Origin: Felis catus
Taxonomy: Eukaryota
DNA: 64,000 nt
Assembly: GCF_018350175.1 (NCBI RefSeq)
Contig: NC_058373.1
Location: 103,666,001-103,730,000 of the forward strand
Direction of reading: 5' to 3'
Position numbers and translations under genes: made by a program. The notes beneath the pieces are model-generated. The model was not told the origin of the DNA and made no database searches. It worked only from the letters and a program-made list of their open reading frames with translations. Shown here in pieces: positions 13,282-24,825 of this stretch (its first letter is position 1; each line of letters opens with the position of its first letter).

Positions 13282-15355
13282 GGCAGCAGAAGGTGAAAAA
13301 CCTGCTCATCCTCCCGCTTCCAAAATTCCAAAGTCCAAAAGTTTTTCCGCCAAGAAAAGAAGTTGTACACAAAACTCGAAGACCGAGTCAGCTCCCAGAT
13401 ATCAGCAACGTGGTAGGGCAGTATACTGTTCAGTATACTGTGCTCCTTACTGCCGTGTGCTCCCTATGCAAATTCTGTTTATCCAGTGTTACCAAATTAG
13501 CATTTCAGTGAGAATCTTTCAGAAAAACCTTCCTACTTCCTCCGTCTTTCACCTAATGACTTTGCTTGATTGGATGCTAGCAGAGAATGGGTTATTTTCA
13601 TATACTTTAAATATCGATTGCGGATCTTTTTAAGGGCCCTTTTACTGGGATCCGTTCTGAGGTTAAATTCTTGAAACATTCATACCAGACCAAAGACACA
13701 TTTTCTGTTTCCCAAAAAGCGATTTTTTTTTTTTTTGAGAGTGAATCTTGCTCTTCTTCAAGTTAAAATACTTTTTTTTTTTTTTTGAGTAGCTCTGGTT
13801 ATTACATAATCTCACACTTCAAGCTAAACACCAACCCAGTGATATTTTGAAAAAAGTTGGGGTTTTATTGTCTTTGATGATTCTCTGAAATCATCAAAAA
13901 ATAAAGCTAAGCTGTTGTTTGCTTTCTCTCAGTTGCATAAAGTGGCAAATAAAAAGAATTTTGTAGTTCCTTGCTTAATTTTATATTTATGTTTTACTTC
14001 TATTTGGATTCATAAATCCGGGCCCAATAATTAGTAAGCTCCTGCGGCCAAAATGCAAAAAAAAAAAAAAAAAAAAAAAAGGCGGGGGTTGGGGGGCGGT
14101 GGGGGGGGATGGGGGAAGTTGTTCAATAAATTCATTTCTGTTACAAGCATCTTTTATACATATTACTAAAGAGAACATAGTAAGAAATGCAAATAATAGT
14201 TCTTTATTTTATTATGACAGTTAATTAATAGCAACCTGTTTTAATGAATAAAGTCACTCCGAGTCCTTCAGCACTTCCTAAGTAGAGGCCAGAATCTGTA
14301 GGGATTCTTTTCCCCCCAATTGTATAGCTCCTAGACTCCAAGCGCTATATAGGCCCCTGTATAGAAATGCTCACTAATGAAGAGGGAGGGCTAGAAGCTT
14401 GTCTGCATTCAAAGATCACTGGTGAGTCATTCAGCAAGAAAAGGCCCCTTACCAGGAATAGTCACAGTTCCGTGGCATTGTACTAGCAAAAGGGTCTGAT
14501 CAAAGGTCTCCTGTGGAGCTTGCATGGTTCCCTTTCATACTACGACCATAATTAAAACCACTAATTCTCTTTTAAAATGCTGCAGGATGCCATGTAGGCA
14601 TCTGTCTGGAGTGTCCTTTGTGATGTCATAAGCTGTTAAGGACCAGCGCCGAGGGCTTTTGAGTGAAATGCCAGTCATGAAGGTGCTTCAAGACAAGGGT
14701 GCCTCTCAAAGCTTGACAGGGCCTTGACTGCACAATTCGAGCTGAATTTGCCCCTTGTCAGCTGCCAGTAAATAAATCTCAAAGGGGGAAAAGCTGAAGT
14801 TTCATTACCTGATCCATGGGGCTTTGTTGGTTTTGGCATCACACAGGGGAAGCTCTTGCCCCTCCATTCTCTGGATTTGAAGATGTCCATTGGAGCCTGC
14901 AGTGCCTGGACAGGGTTCAGAGCGGAACCTTTTGAAGAGTGTCAATAGTTGTAACAGTTCAGCTGTTAGGAAGACAAATAAACGGAGGAGCTCATTAATC
15001 CGCTTTTGGCTCTCAGTGCCTTTTGCCCTTTTATCACAGCCTTATTAGGCTCCTACTCATCTTGAACCAGAAAAAAATGAATTGGAGTTGTTGAGTGCTA
15101 ATTGGCAAAGACTTTTAATCATGGGCCAAGAACTTTCACTGACTTGAAAGTAACTTCTCCACGGGGAAGAACCGAAAACCTGGTTTACCTTAAAACAAAA
15201 ACCTGTTGGAGTTCAGTGTGGTGTAAAAATTTAAGGAGGCATTGATAAATTGTCTAAGTTTATCCATTTGAAAGAAATCATGTGAGATTATGATTTCCAC
15301 TTTGCTTACGAAAGGTACAATAAAATTCGAATAAACATTTCCTGGACGTGCATTG
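13282..15355 (+). other. TMEM260: TMEM260 3' UTR (longest plausible form; end inferred)
   Basis: No recognisable interspersed repeat after the stop. AATAAA at 13900, 13948, 14125, 14247, 14771, 14977, 15319 and 15330; which are used cannot be read from sequence. Confidence 0.6.
13948..14000 (+). terminator. Candidate proximal polyadenylation site
   Basis: AATAAA 13948-13953 followed by the U-rich tract aattttatatttatgttttac. Confidence 0.4.
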
Positions 15356-15370
15356 TTTTTATTGGTTCAG
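15319..15370 (+). terminator. Probable distal polyadenylation site (tandem AATAAA plus U/GU-rich downstream element)
   Basis: AATAAA 15319-15324 and 15330-15335 followed by cattgtttttattggtt at canonical spacing. Confidence 0.6.
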
Positions 15371-18300
15371 CAAAGAGATCGCGTGCGTGTGTGAGATGAT
15401 CGTGTTTGTTTCTGAACATCTCTATACAGGTGGATGTGAAAATGCATTTGGGCATCTGTATACACGTGGTGTCAGAAGAACCTCATTCAAAGTAGTATTT
15501 CCTGTTCGTGGCCTTAAGAACGGCAAATAAAAGTCTCTTCGAGAAGATGGGCTTATTTGTGTCTGTACTGTGGTGCTACATATATACGTCTGAATATGCT
15601 TTGTGTGCTGACTGTTGTCAAATGGTGCATAGATTTATTCTGGACGGTACTTGGGCAACAGTGGCTTTGGACCACTCTCTCTTTGAGAAAGCAATGATAT
15701 GATGGCCCCAAGTAGATAGGGTGATAATTATTTAAATTGTTAAAAACCAACAGTAAATGAAAAAATAGCAAACTGAACCGAGATTTGGGGAGGTTGGGCT
15801 TCATTCCCAGATCGACTATTTTGAAGAATTCTCTCCTTTCTCTTGTGCGAGGTTAAACAAGTTGCTTTCTTTTTCTCTCTCATACTTTTCCCCGGCTGGT
15901 GCACAAACACCATAAAACCTGACAGAAGGGGTCTCTTTTAGTCTAACCCCCCGACATGGACGACAATGTGAAGGAGGTGACTTCTCATGCAGGATTTGGC
16001 CAGGATTCTCCTAGCAATGTCCCTGGAGTGCCACGGGTTGGCAGGGCGACAGGAACCCCACAAGGCCAACTTCTGCCCGGACTTTGGCCTGAAGAGCAAG
16101 TGGGAGCCGGCAAAACTGTCTGCCTCTCCTCGCGCTGCAGTGCCCTCCTGCCTGGCGCGGAGGCTGGCGCACACGGGAGGCAAGCAGGGAAGGGGACTGT
16201 GGCTCCGAGCCCTCTGACAAAGCCCCCCAGCCGCATTCCCGCTGATGGGAGCTGTGCTTGGTTCTTACTTTTGACTTTCCTCTTTCCTTTGCTTTCTTCA
16301 GAGGTCTCATTTCTTTTTTTTTTAAAGTGCTTTTGTCCTATTACTCAAAATAAAGCCAAACTGGAAGGGCATCAATTACTAGTATGCTTTCTTGAGATCT
16401 TCTAGTAGAAATTGTGAAATGTTATCTCTGGCCATCTTCCTAGGGTAGAACCACTATGTTGACTTAGCCTTTATGATACCTAAACAAAGCCCATTTTGAG
16501 TGTTAGGGTTATTTTTTGATACTCTGCTGATTTCTTTAAGTCATCAGGCTAGGATATGAAGACCGGCTTTTTAAATGTGTATTTTAAAAGTTAAACAATG
16601 TGAGGCCTTCCTTACAGTTCCCGCCAATAGCCATTGGAATTTAGAAATGTTAATACTTTTAGTATTCAGAAGAAATGAAAATTCGCTGTTAGAGCGAATT
16701 CTTTTGCTCTGTTTTAATGCTGGTATGTTTTACAGTTGCACCAATGTAGAGTAGTCCTCTTCTTCTAAGTGGCTCCAAGCCCAGTGGTTGGGTAAAGACA
16801 AAATTTCCAGCCCAGTGAAAGATTCATCCTCATATTTTGTTGTGGCTGCAAAAATCACTCTAAAGCTTGTGCTCACAAACAAATAAGTCACGTTTCCAGG
16901 GATTCTGGGAACATCTAAAGGCCATATCTTGGCACAGCATTACAGAGCAAACACGGAGCTAAAGCTTTAGCAGCGATCATATTTAATGAAGACGTCATTG
17001 TCAGTACCCTCTAAAGGTCTGTTTGATTTGGATCAGCATAGGATGGTATAAAAAAAAAAAGCCTCAGGAATAACGCAATGTGCTTACCTGGATATAGGAA
17101 AGCAAACTAATAGGAATATATCTTGAGAAAGGGATTCTTCTGAAAAAATTCTGATTGCTCTTCAACAATGTAATGTATATCTGGTGGAAATTATATGTAC
17201 TGGGAAGGTTAGCTTATGTCATATTGCAAAAAGAAAAACGGCAGGGGGAGAGGTGGGTAGAGGTGCTAAAACTATAAACAGGAAGCCTACAATTACTGAC
17301 CTATACGTGGAGTTATCTGGATCTTTTGTGCAGATCCAAAGCATGAATGGTTGGGGTTAATTCTCAGTAACATAGGTACTGTGATGATGTTAGAAAAGTT
17401 GAGTTGATAAGGTTGAGAAAGTTTCACAAGATGGATGGAACACAGAGAATGGTGTCCATCCCAGTGATCCAGCTTCTGGAGTGGCCCGCTATTCTCCAGT
17501 CCTGTACTTACTTGCCATTAGGGGAGGACAGTGTTAAATAACATTGTAACAATCAATAGAAATCGAAATCTGAGATTTAACCCTTTCATAATTTCCGTTG
17601 TTTATAATTTGTTGTAAATCTGTGTAAGTAGTATCAGGCGAAAGAAGTCCAAGAGATGGAGTGTAATCTTTATATCGATCAGTTATTTTTGTATTATGTA
17701 CAGATTATAAGCTAATAAATGGACATTATATCCTGTTTTTAAAAATATGCACACCGTAATCACCTTGTGTTTAGAAGTGTTAGCCTTAAAAGGGGTTGTT
17801 TTGCATGTAACCTTCTAAAAAAGAAGACATTTTGAGATTTGTCTCACCTAAATGAAATATTCCCTAGGTGGTTGAACCACTGAAAATACCCTTAATACCT
17901 GTGGGGGTTGCTCGTATGGGAAAGTGTGAGCGATTAAAGCCAAAAGGGGAACGCCGCTTGGGAAATGAGACCCAGTTTTCTCATCATTGGCTTATGGTGT
18001 GATGGGACCTACAGATGTCACCTGGTACCCTAGATTCATGAGCATCGTGACAGAAATCCCAATGATACCCTGGCATGCCAAGACGTGAACTCAAAAACTC
18101 CAGCAGAGGGTGATCTAGGATGTGAAGACAGGGTAAAAGACACAAGGACTGGAATCTTCTTATGGTATCTTCCCTCAAAATAGGTTCCGAAAATAGAAGG
18201 GAAGCATTATATTATTGTATTATTATTAACAGTGCTTTTAAAAGTTAATATATAAGAAACGAGGGCTCTTGTAAAATACTCTAGCAAAAGCTATGGAAAA

Positions 18301-18430
18301 CGCTAAAAGGAATTGTTTATAAATGGAAGATGATTCATTGATCAAAGCACTAGGTTTCCTTTGATTTAAGAGTTAACCAGTCTAACAGGTGAGAGGAAGT
18401 TTCAAGAAGTGTTGTCTATAAAAGAATGAA

Positions 18431-18854
18431 GGGGCGTTTGGGTGGCTCAGTCAGTTAAGCTGCTGACTCTTGATTCAGCTCAGGTCATGATCTCACTGTT
18501 GTTGAGATTGAGCCCCGTGCTGGGCTCCTTGCTGACAGTGCGGAGCCTGCTTGGGATTCTCTCTCACTCTTCCCTCTGCCCCTCTCCCCTGCTTGAGCTC
18601 GCTCTCTCTCTTTTTCTCTCTCTCTCAAATAAAAAAATAAATAATTGGGGAAAAAAAGATTGAAAACCGAAAGTTCAACTACGCATCACTTAAAAACAAG
18701 AAAGTTCAGGGCGCTCTGCGTGGCTCAGTCGGTTAAGCGTCACACTCTTGTTTTCGGCTCAGGTCATGATCTCACGGTTCGTGAGTTTGAGCTCCACATC
18801 GGGCTCTGCGCTGTTAGTGTGGAGCCTGCTTGGGGTCCTCTCTCAGTCTCTCTC

Positions 18855-18893
<39 letters not shown>

Positions 18894-19165
18894 CCTCCCC
18901 CGCATGTACTTGCTCTCTCTCAAAAGAAATAAATAAGTAAACTTAAAAAAAAATACCTAAGGGGTGCCTGGGGTGGCTCAGTCGGTTTAGCGTCCCAACT
19001 TCGGCTCAGGTCATGATCTCACAGTCTGTGAGTTCGAGCCCCGCGTCGGGCTCTGTGCTGACAGCTCAGAGCCTAGAACCTGCTTCGGAATGTGTCTCCC
19101 TCTCTCTGCCCCCCCCCCTCAAAAATAAACATAAAAAAATTTTTTTTTTTAATTACTTAAAAAAA
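18431..19165 (+). mobile_element. Cluster of three same-orientation Can-SINEs (third inserted in the tail of the second)
   Basis: Heads at ~18431, ~18708 and ~18961; agaaagttca flanks the second+third pair (near 18699 and 19168). Confidence 0.9.
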
Positions 19166-19399
19166 TGAGAAAGTTCACTGATGGGAGAGTACTTGTATTT
19201 AGTGGTTGTTTTTATTTAGTGTGTCACAACTTTTTTTACTAAAATTAGAATACATTCCTTCAATATGTGGACTGGTATCTACACTGTTTTTATATTTTCC
19301 TTTCAGTGGTCAGCATTCTCACCACTAGCCTATGCGGTCACCTTGCATTCGCCTTGAGGCTGTTCTCACAGTGCAGGACTGTGCCTAGTCATGGTGATT

Positions 19400-19699
19400 G
19401 TCATCCTGGGTCATGAAGTCAAGTTAGTGGAAATTGACCATCTCTTTCTTCATGAAATAGAATAAAAATATCAAGATGCATCTGAGGGGACAAGGGTATT
19501 CTTTGATGAAACTTTCAGTTTCATTTCCTATACATGTGTATATGGTTACACGTATAACACATATATCATACTATATATCCGTGTGCGTGTGTGTGTAAGA
19601 CCTTTATATATAAATCTATACATGTATGTGAACTGGGTCATAATAGAAAAGGTACTTCTCGTTGTGGATCACAGTAAAGAATAAATTGGAGAGCCACTG
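19400..19699. mobile_element. hAT-Charlie MITE relic (MER58C-like)
   Basis: gggtcatgaagtcaagttagtgg...atgaaatagaataaaaatatc...tgtggatcacag...gagagccactg end. Confidence 0.55.
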
Positions 19700-21835
19700 G
19701 CCGTGGAGAATTTACCCAACTTCATTGACCGTTAATGCCAAAAAGCTAATAAGGGATCATCTAGTATAACTAGCACAAGTAATCTAGTTTAATGAATAAG
19801 AAAAGTGACGCCTGCACTAAGAGACTTGCTTTATATCACACAGCTAGGTCATGGCAGTGCTGGGACGAGAACATGAGCTTTTGTGCTCAATCTGGTATAC
19901 TTTCCCCTTTTTCCATCACAGTCCACTAAAACCGCTGCATTCCGCTGTCAACTGTGTGTCACATTAAAGTCCCCAAATGATGTGGCCCTATTAAAATTAC
20001 GATAAACTTTTCTAGAGGCAAATGGTATGTAAAACCGAGAACTGTGTTGTAGGACACGGTTTAAAAGCCATCCACTGAGTTCCTTTCTTCCCCTTCTCCA
20101 GACCTCTGGGATGTAATTTCTTTTCTTCCCCTTCCCTTTTAAACAGAGTCAGTTGTATCCCTGGTCTCTGACAGAGGATTTCCTTACCCATTCTGGACTT
20201 AGGAACATACACCGAAATGAAAAGGTTTTCGTGTGTTAAGAAAAAGTCACTTTAAAATCTTGGAAGTTGTTAGCATAAATTACCTTCCAGCTGAATCAGC
20301 TACTGGAAACTCCAATTGAAAAAATGTCGCATTAATCTATATATTCCTTACCCCTCTGAAGCAGGATTCAAAACATAATAGTATTTCTGTGTGTTACAGA
20401 AGGAAATATGTCCCAGCTCCCCTGGAATGTTCACTGATTGCGAATCAGACTCTTCTCCCTAGAAACCAAGGCCATCGGGAGCCAGTGTCCATGATTATCC
20501 TGTTTGGTTCAGCCACTCTATTAAATATTTTTAAGTGTCCAGAAAGGCAGATTCCTCTTTGAATACCTAAAGGTCTTGTTTTCTAATTGTGAACGTTACC
20601 AATTCAGTGTTTAGGTAATGGTGATTTCTTCCAAATTTGGCTCTTGACTATATATGATTTGTAAAACTCTATAACAATAGTAATAGTCATATCAGTAACT
20701 ATGACTGTTGTTGACAAAACAACTAATTCCAATTAGTATCCACTGAATGGCTTCAGTGATCTGAAATCACCTAAATTTCCTGCACTGAGTTGTGAGAGTT
20801 GAAAGTAGTTTGGCCCTTCCTCTTTGGGAGGCGAGGAAGTTTGGTGTAACCCATGAGACAGAGACCACCCGAACCACGCTGCGTGCCCCCTGGGCGTTTG
20901 ACAAAGGCGACCTATTTCACAGGGTTAGCATTTATGTGACCTTACTTTTCTCCTTTTGCGTGTGCGTTCTGAACAGTGAGTTGATCCACAGAACCTAAAT
21001 CTGTTGAATACTATGAGCTAATACAAGGTAACTTGGGAAAAAAGCAAAATGTGTGACCTATACAAGAATCAAACAAAACCAGAACTTTGCTTTAAGGCAA
21101 TTTCATGAAATTTTGCTAAGGATGGAGATTCTATCTTCCTTTTTTATTAGAGTGCAGGAGTGTCACAGGATTAGATAAATACCTTCACAAAAACCCTCGT
21201 CTCATCCCTGAAGGTCCCCGTAACCGCACTTAGTCTCCTGCAGGAACGCCCCACGGCTTCCCAGTGAGGGAAGGGCGGCTCAGGTCCTGACTGCCTGCAC
21301 GAAGAAGCACACGTAAGGATGTGCGCCTGCTGGCTCATTTTGTCCCTGAAAGAGCAGAGGGTAGAAACGGAGTCCTTCCCACGTCTTCCATTCACTTTCC
21401 CAGGTTACAGGCTGTTCCAGAAAGCACAGGCCTTTTCTGGGTTGCACTAGAAGCACTGGACAGTACCATGTTCAGAGCTGGACTCCCAGCTCTGCCATTC
21501 ATTAGCTGGATGGCTTGGAGCAAGTGTCTCTGTGCCTTAATTTCCTTTTCCGTACAGTGGGGATATAACCTGGGTATATACAGTGGGTATATACACCCTG
21601 TACAGTGGGTGATATAACAGATTCACCTGATGATATGTCTGCAAGGATGAAGTGTGTTGGTATGTATAAAGTGCTTTGAAGAGTACCTGGCACGTAGCAA
21701 CTATTCACAATGCCAGTTGCTTTCATTAACATGCCGGTAACACCGGCTCTCATCCATTTTATACACCTGAGTAAAATGAGTAACGAGCCTCCTTCTGCTT
21801 TGCTTCTCTCTTGTATGTTTGGAAAAGTCCTCGCT

Positions 21836-21966
21836 AGGGGCACTGGGTGCCTCAGTCGGTTAAGCATCCAACTTCAGCTCAGGTCATGAGCTTGCAGTTC
21901 GTGAGTTTGAGCCCCCGTCAGGCTCTGTGCTGACAGCTCAGAGCCTGGAGCCTGCTTCGGATTCTG

Positions 21967-22011
<45 letters not shown>

Positions 22012-23710
22012 GCCCCTCCCCCGCTCATGCTCTGCCTCTCTCTCAAGAATAAATAAACATTAAAAAGAAATTTTTAAAAAAGTCCTCCCTAAATATGCAT
22101 CTGGAAAGCATGAAATAGACAATTCAGTTTAAATTGCAACGATAATTATAAATAATGTGCTATTTAACTTATGTGGAAGACTGGAAATTAAAAGAAAGTA
22201 ACCAAGAAACACTGAGCAGATGAAGAAATGAAGTCAGTCTCATCGGTAAGGGAAACGTCTCAATGTGAACGTGTGTGTGCACACACACAAGTGTGATCCA
22301 TCCTGTGTGAGCCCAGTGCCACAATGTCCTTCCCTCTTCCTACTGGCTTCCCCAGAGCGTGGTCCACCAGGAAGGAAGCTTCAACTACTACCATTTGCCT
22401 TCTGTCTCCAAACTTAGATGTTGCCATCTAGACATTTGATGTGTTTCTACCTTCCCCCAAACAGTGTGGAGTCTGTCAGTCCCAGAGACCTCTCAAAGAG
22501 TAGTCTCCTCCCAACACAGCTTCTCACAGCACTTAGAGGACTGACATGGGGCAGAAAGCTTGGAGTCCTCATCTCAGGACCTGTGCTAGGCTTTCAAAAC
22601 CATGCTTGGGACAAAGTCATAGATTTCCCAGTGGGGATGACCGGAGTGCCTGAGTACTACATTCACTCGCTTATTTTTTTTTTTAATTCATTTGGGGCGC
22701 CTGGGTGACACAGTCAGTTAGGCGTCCGACTCTTGATTTTGCCTCAGGTCATGATCCCAGGGTCATGGGATTGAGCCCCAAGTTGGGCTCCTGGCTGAGT
22801 GTGGAGCCTGCTTAAGATTCACTCTCTCTGCCCCTCTCCCTGGCTCACACTGCTCTCTCTCTCCTTCGAATGAATGAATGAATGAATTCATTTAATAAAA
22901 AAAAACAAAACATTTTGGGGGGTGCCTGGGTGGCTCAGTTGGTGAAGCATTTGACTCTTGATCTCAGCTCAGGTCATGACCTTGCAGTCCATAAGTTCAA
23001 GCCCCACATCAGGCTCTGTGCTATCAGCTCAGAGCCTGTTTGGAATTCTTTCTCCCTCTCTTTCTGCCCCTACCCCATTCATGTGTTCTCTCTCTCAAAG
23101 TAAATAAACAAATAAATACTTAACAAAAAGGAAAAACATTTTTTGCGTTCCTACAAGGTGCCAGGCCCGTGTACTGGGTTTTCAGAGGGAGAGGGGGACC
23201 AGACAGACAAGGGCCTGTCCCCTGTGGAGCTTCCACTTCCAGAGGGGGAGAAAGCCAAAGTGCGAGTCTTAAAAATCTGCCCAAAGGTCATTTTTTGCCA
23301 CCACTACCACTCTTTAACCCCCGCTGAGGATATCAAACCTGTTTTTTCACTGTTACAAATGCTGATTGGAAACTATACCACCACTCCCTCCATACAAATG
23401 AACAAGTTCCCACCCACGGAGATGTCTGCATCTCATTCTCAGGTTATCTAGAGCCCTGCTGAGTCCACAAAAGGGGGCACTGGACCCACCGCCATGTGGT
23501 CCTCTTCCCACACCACCTTTTCCCGCCACCACCCACCATACTCTGCCTTCCCTGGCTGCCCCTTGTCCTTCTGCAGATCTCATCGGCACCGGATTAAATG
23601 AACACTAGTGCTGGGGTGTCTGGCTGGCTCACAGTCAGCAGAGCATCCGACTCTTGATCTCAGGGTTGTGAGTTCAAGGCCCACACTGGGCGTAGAGATT
23701 ACTTAAAAAC
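21836..23710 (+). mobile_element. Can-SINEs at ~21836-22082, ~22693-22905, ~22917-23130 and short ~23612-23710, with unique/old DNA between
   Basis: Conserved SINE heads and A tails; TSD aaaagtcctc on the first. Confidence 0.88.
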
Positions 23711-24009
23711 ACTGGGGCTGCCTTCCTATAGCAAGGAAATGTGCTCACGTCTCCCATCACCATTCGTAGTAACAGAGAAAGGAAGAGGCGGGTAAGAGAA
23801 GCCTGTCAGGTGCTCTTAGGCTCAGTGCCTAACTCTCCTGAGACCCACCACTCAGGTTCTAGAGGCGCACCGACTCCTTGAGGCCCTCCACACACTGCCT
23901 CCTTGAACTTCCCTGCAGGAAGGGAGCGGGTCCCACTTCTACAGAGCAGTGAGAAGGAATCAGCACTTCTGTCGTACTCTCGCCCAGGATGTGTGACCAC
24001 AGTTTGACT

Positions 24010-24825
24010 GTGAGAAAACATCACACAAAACCAGACTGAGGGACACTCCACCAATACTCTTCAAAAGTATCAAAGTCATGAGGGGCGCCTGGGTGGCGCA
24101 GTCGGTTAAGCGTCCGACTTCAGCCAGGTCACCATCTCGCGGTTCGGGAGTTCGAGCCCCGCGTCGGGCTCTGGGCTGATGGCTCAGAGCCTGGAGCCTG
24201 TTTCCCATTCTGTGTCTCCCTCTCTCTCTGCCCCTCCCCTGTTCATGCTGTCTCTCTCTGTCCCAAAAATAGATAAACGTTGAAAAAAAAATTTTTTTTT
24301 AAAAAGTATCAAAGTCATGAAAGGCAAGGAAGGACAGAGTGTCTCAGATTAAAGGAGACTGAGGAGATATGACAACTAAAGGCAATGTGGGATCCTGGCT
24401 CGGGTCCTAGAACCGAAGAAAGTTATTAGTGGAAACATCGGTGAAATTCGCATTGAAGTCTGTAGTGTAGTTAACAGCATTGTACTAACAGTTTCTAGGT
24501 CTTGATCATTGTACTGTGGTCAATAAGATCTTCTATTAGGTGAAGCTGGGTGAAGGGTATTCAAGAGCTTCCTGCACTATTTTTTTTTTAAGTTTATTTG
24601 CTTTGAGAGAGAGAGTGCGCGGGCACCAGCAGGGGAGGGACAGAGAGAGAAGGAGAGACAGAGAATCCCGACTTGGGGCTCAAACTCACGAACTGTGAGA
24701 TCATGACCTGAACCGAAGTCAAGAGTCAGCTGCCTAACCGACTGAGCCACCCAGGCGCCCCAAGCTCCCTGAACTAGTTTTGCAACTTTTCTGTAATCCT
24801 AAAATTATTGCAAAATAAAAAGGTT
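24010..24825 (+). mobile_element. Old L1MC/ME-type 3' end with two SINE insertions (young + copy 24082-24301; - copy ~24580-24760)
   Basis: gagggacactcc...agattaaaggagact...gacaactaaaggcaatgtgggatcctgg...tgcaacttttctgtaa; the young SINE has a perfect 19-bp TSD aaaagtatcaaagtcatga (24063-24081 / 24302-24320). Confidence 0.85.

Noticed and set aside
13274..13633. 119-aa ORF whose ATG overlaps the last TMEM260 codons
   Set aside because: No recognisable protein features; lies in the 3' UTR; stop context TGAG is not a readthrough motif. Ribosome profiling would be needed to revive it.
15956..16405. 149-aa ORF and overlapping ORFs in a GC-rich patch
   Set aside because: Open frames on both strands reflect GC content; no splice structure or domain.
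23463..23482. CTCF-like CCACAAAAGGGGGCAC
   Set aside because: Spacing between CCAC and AGGGGGC is off by two from the consensus; weak match only.
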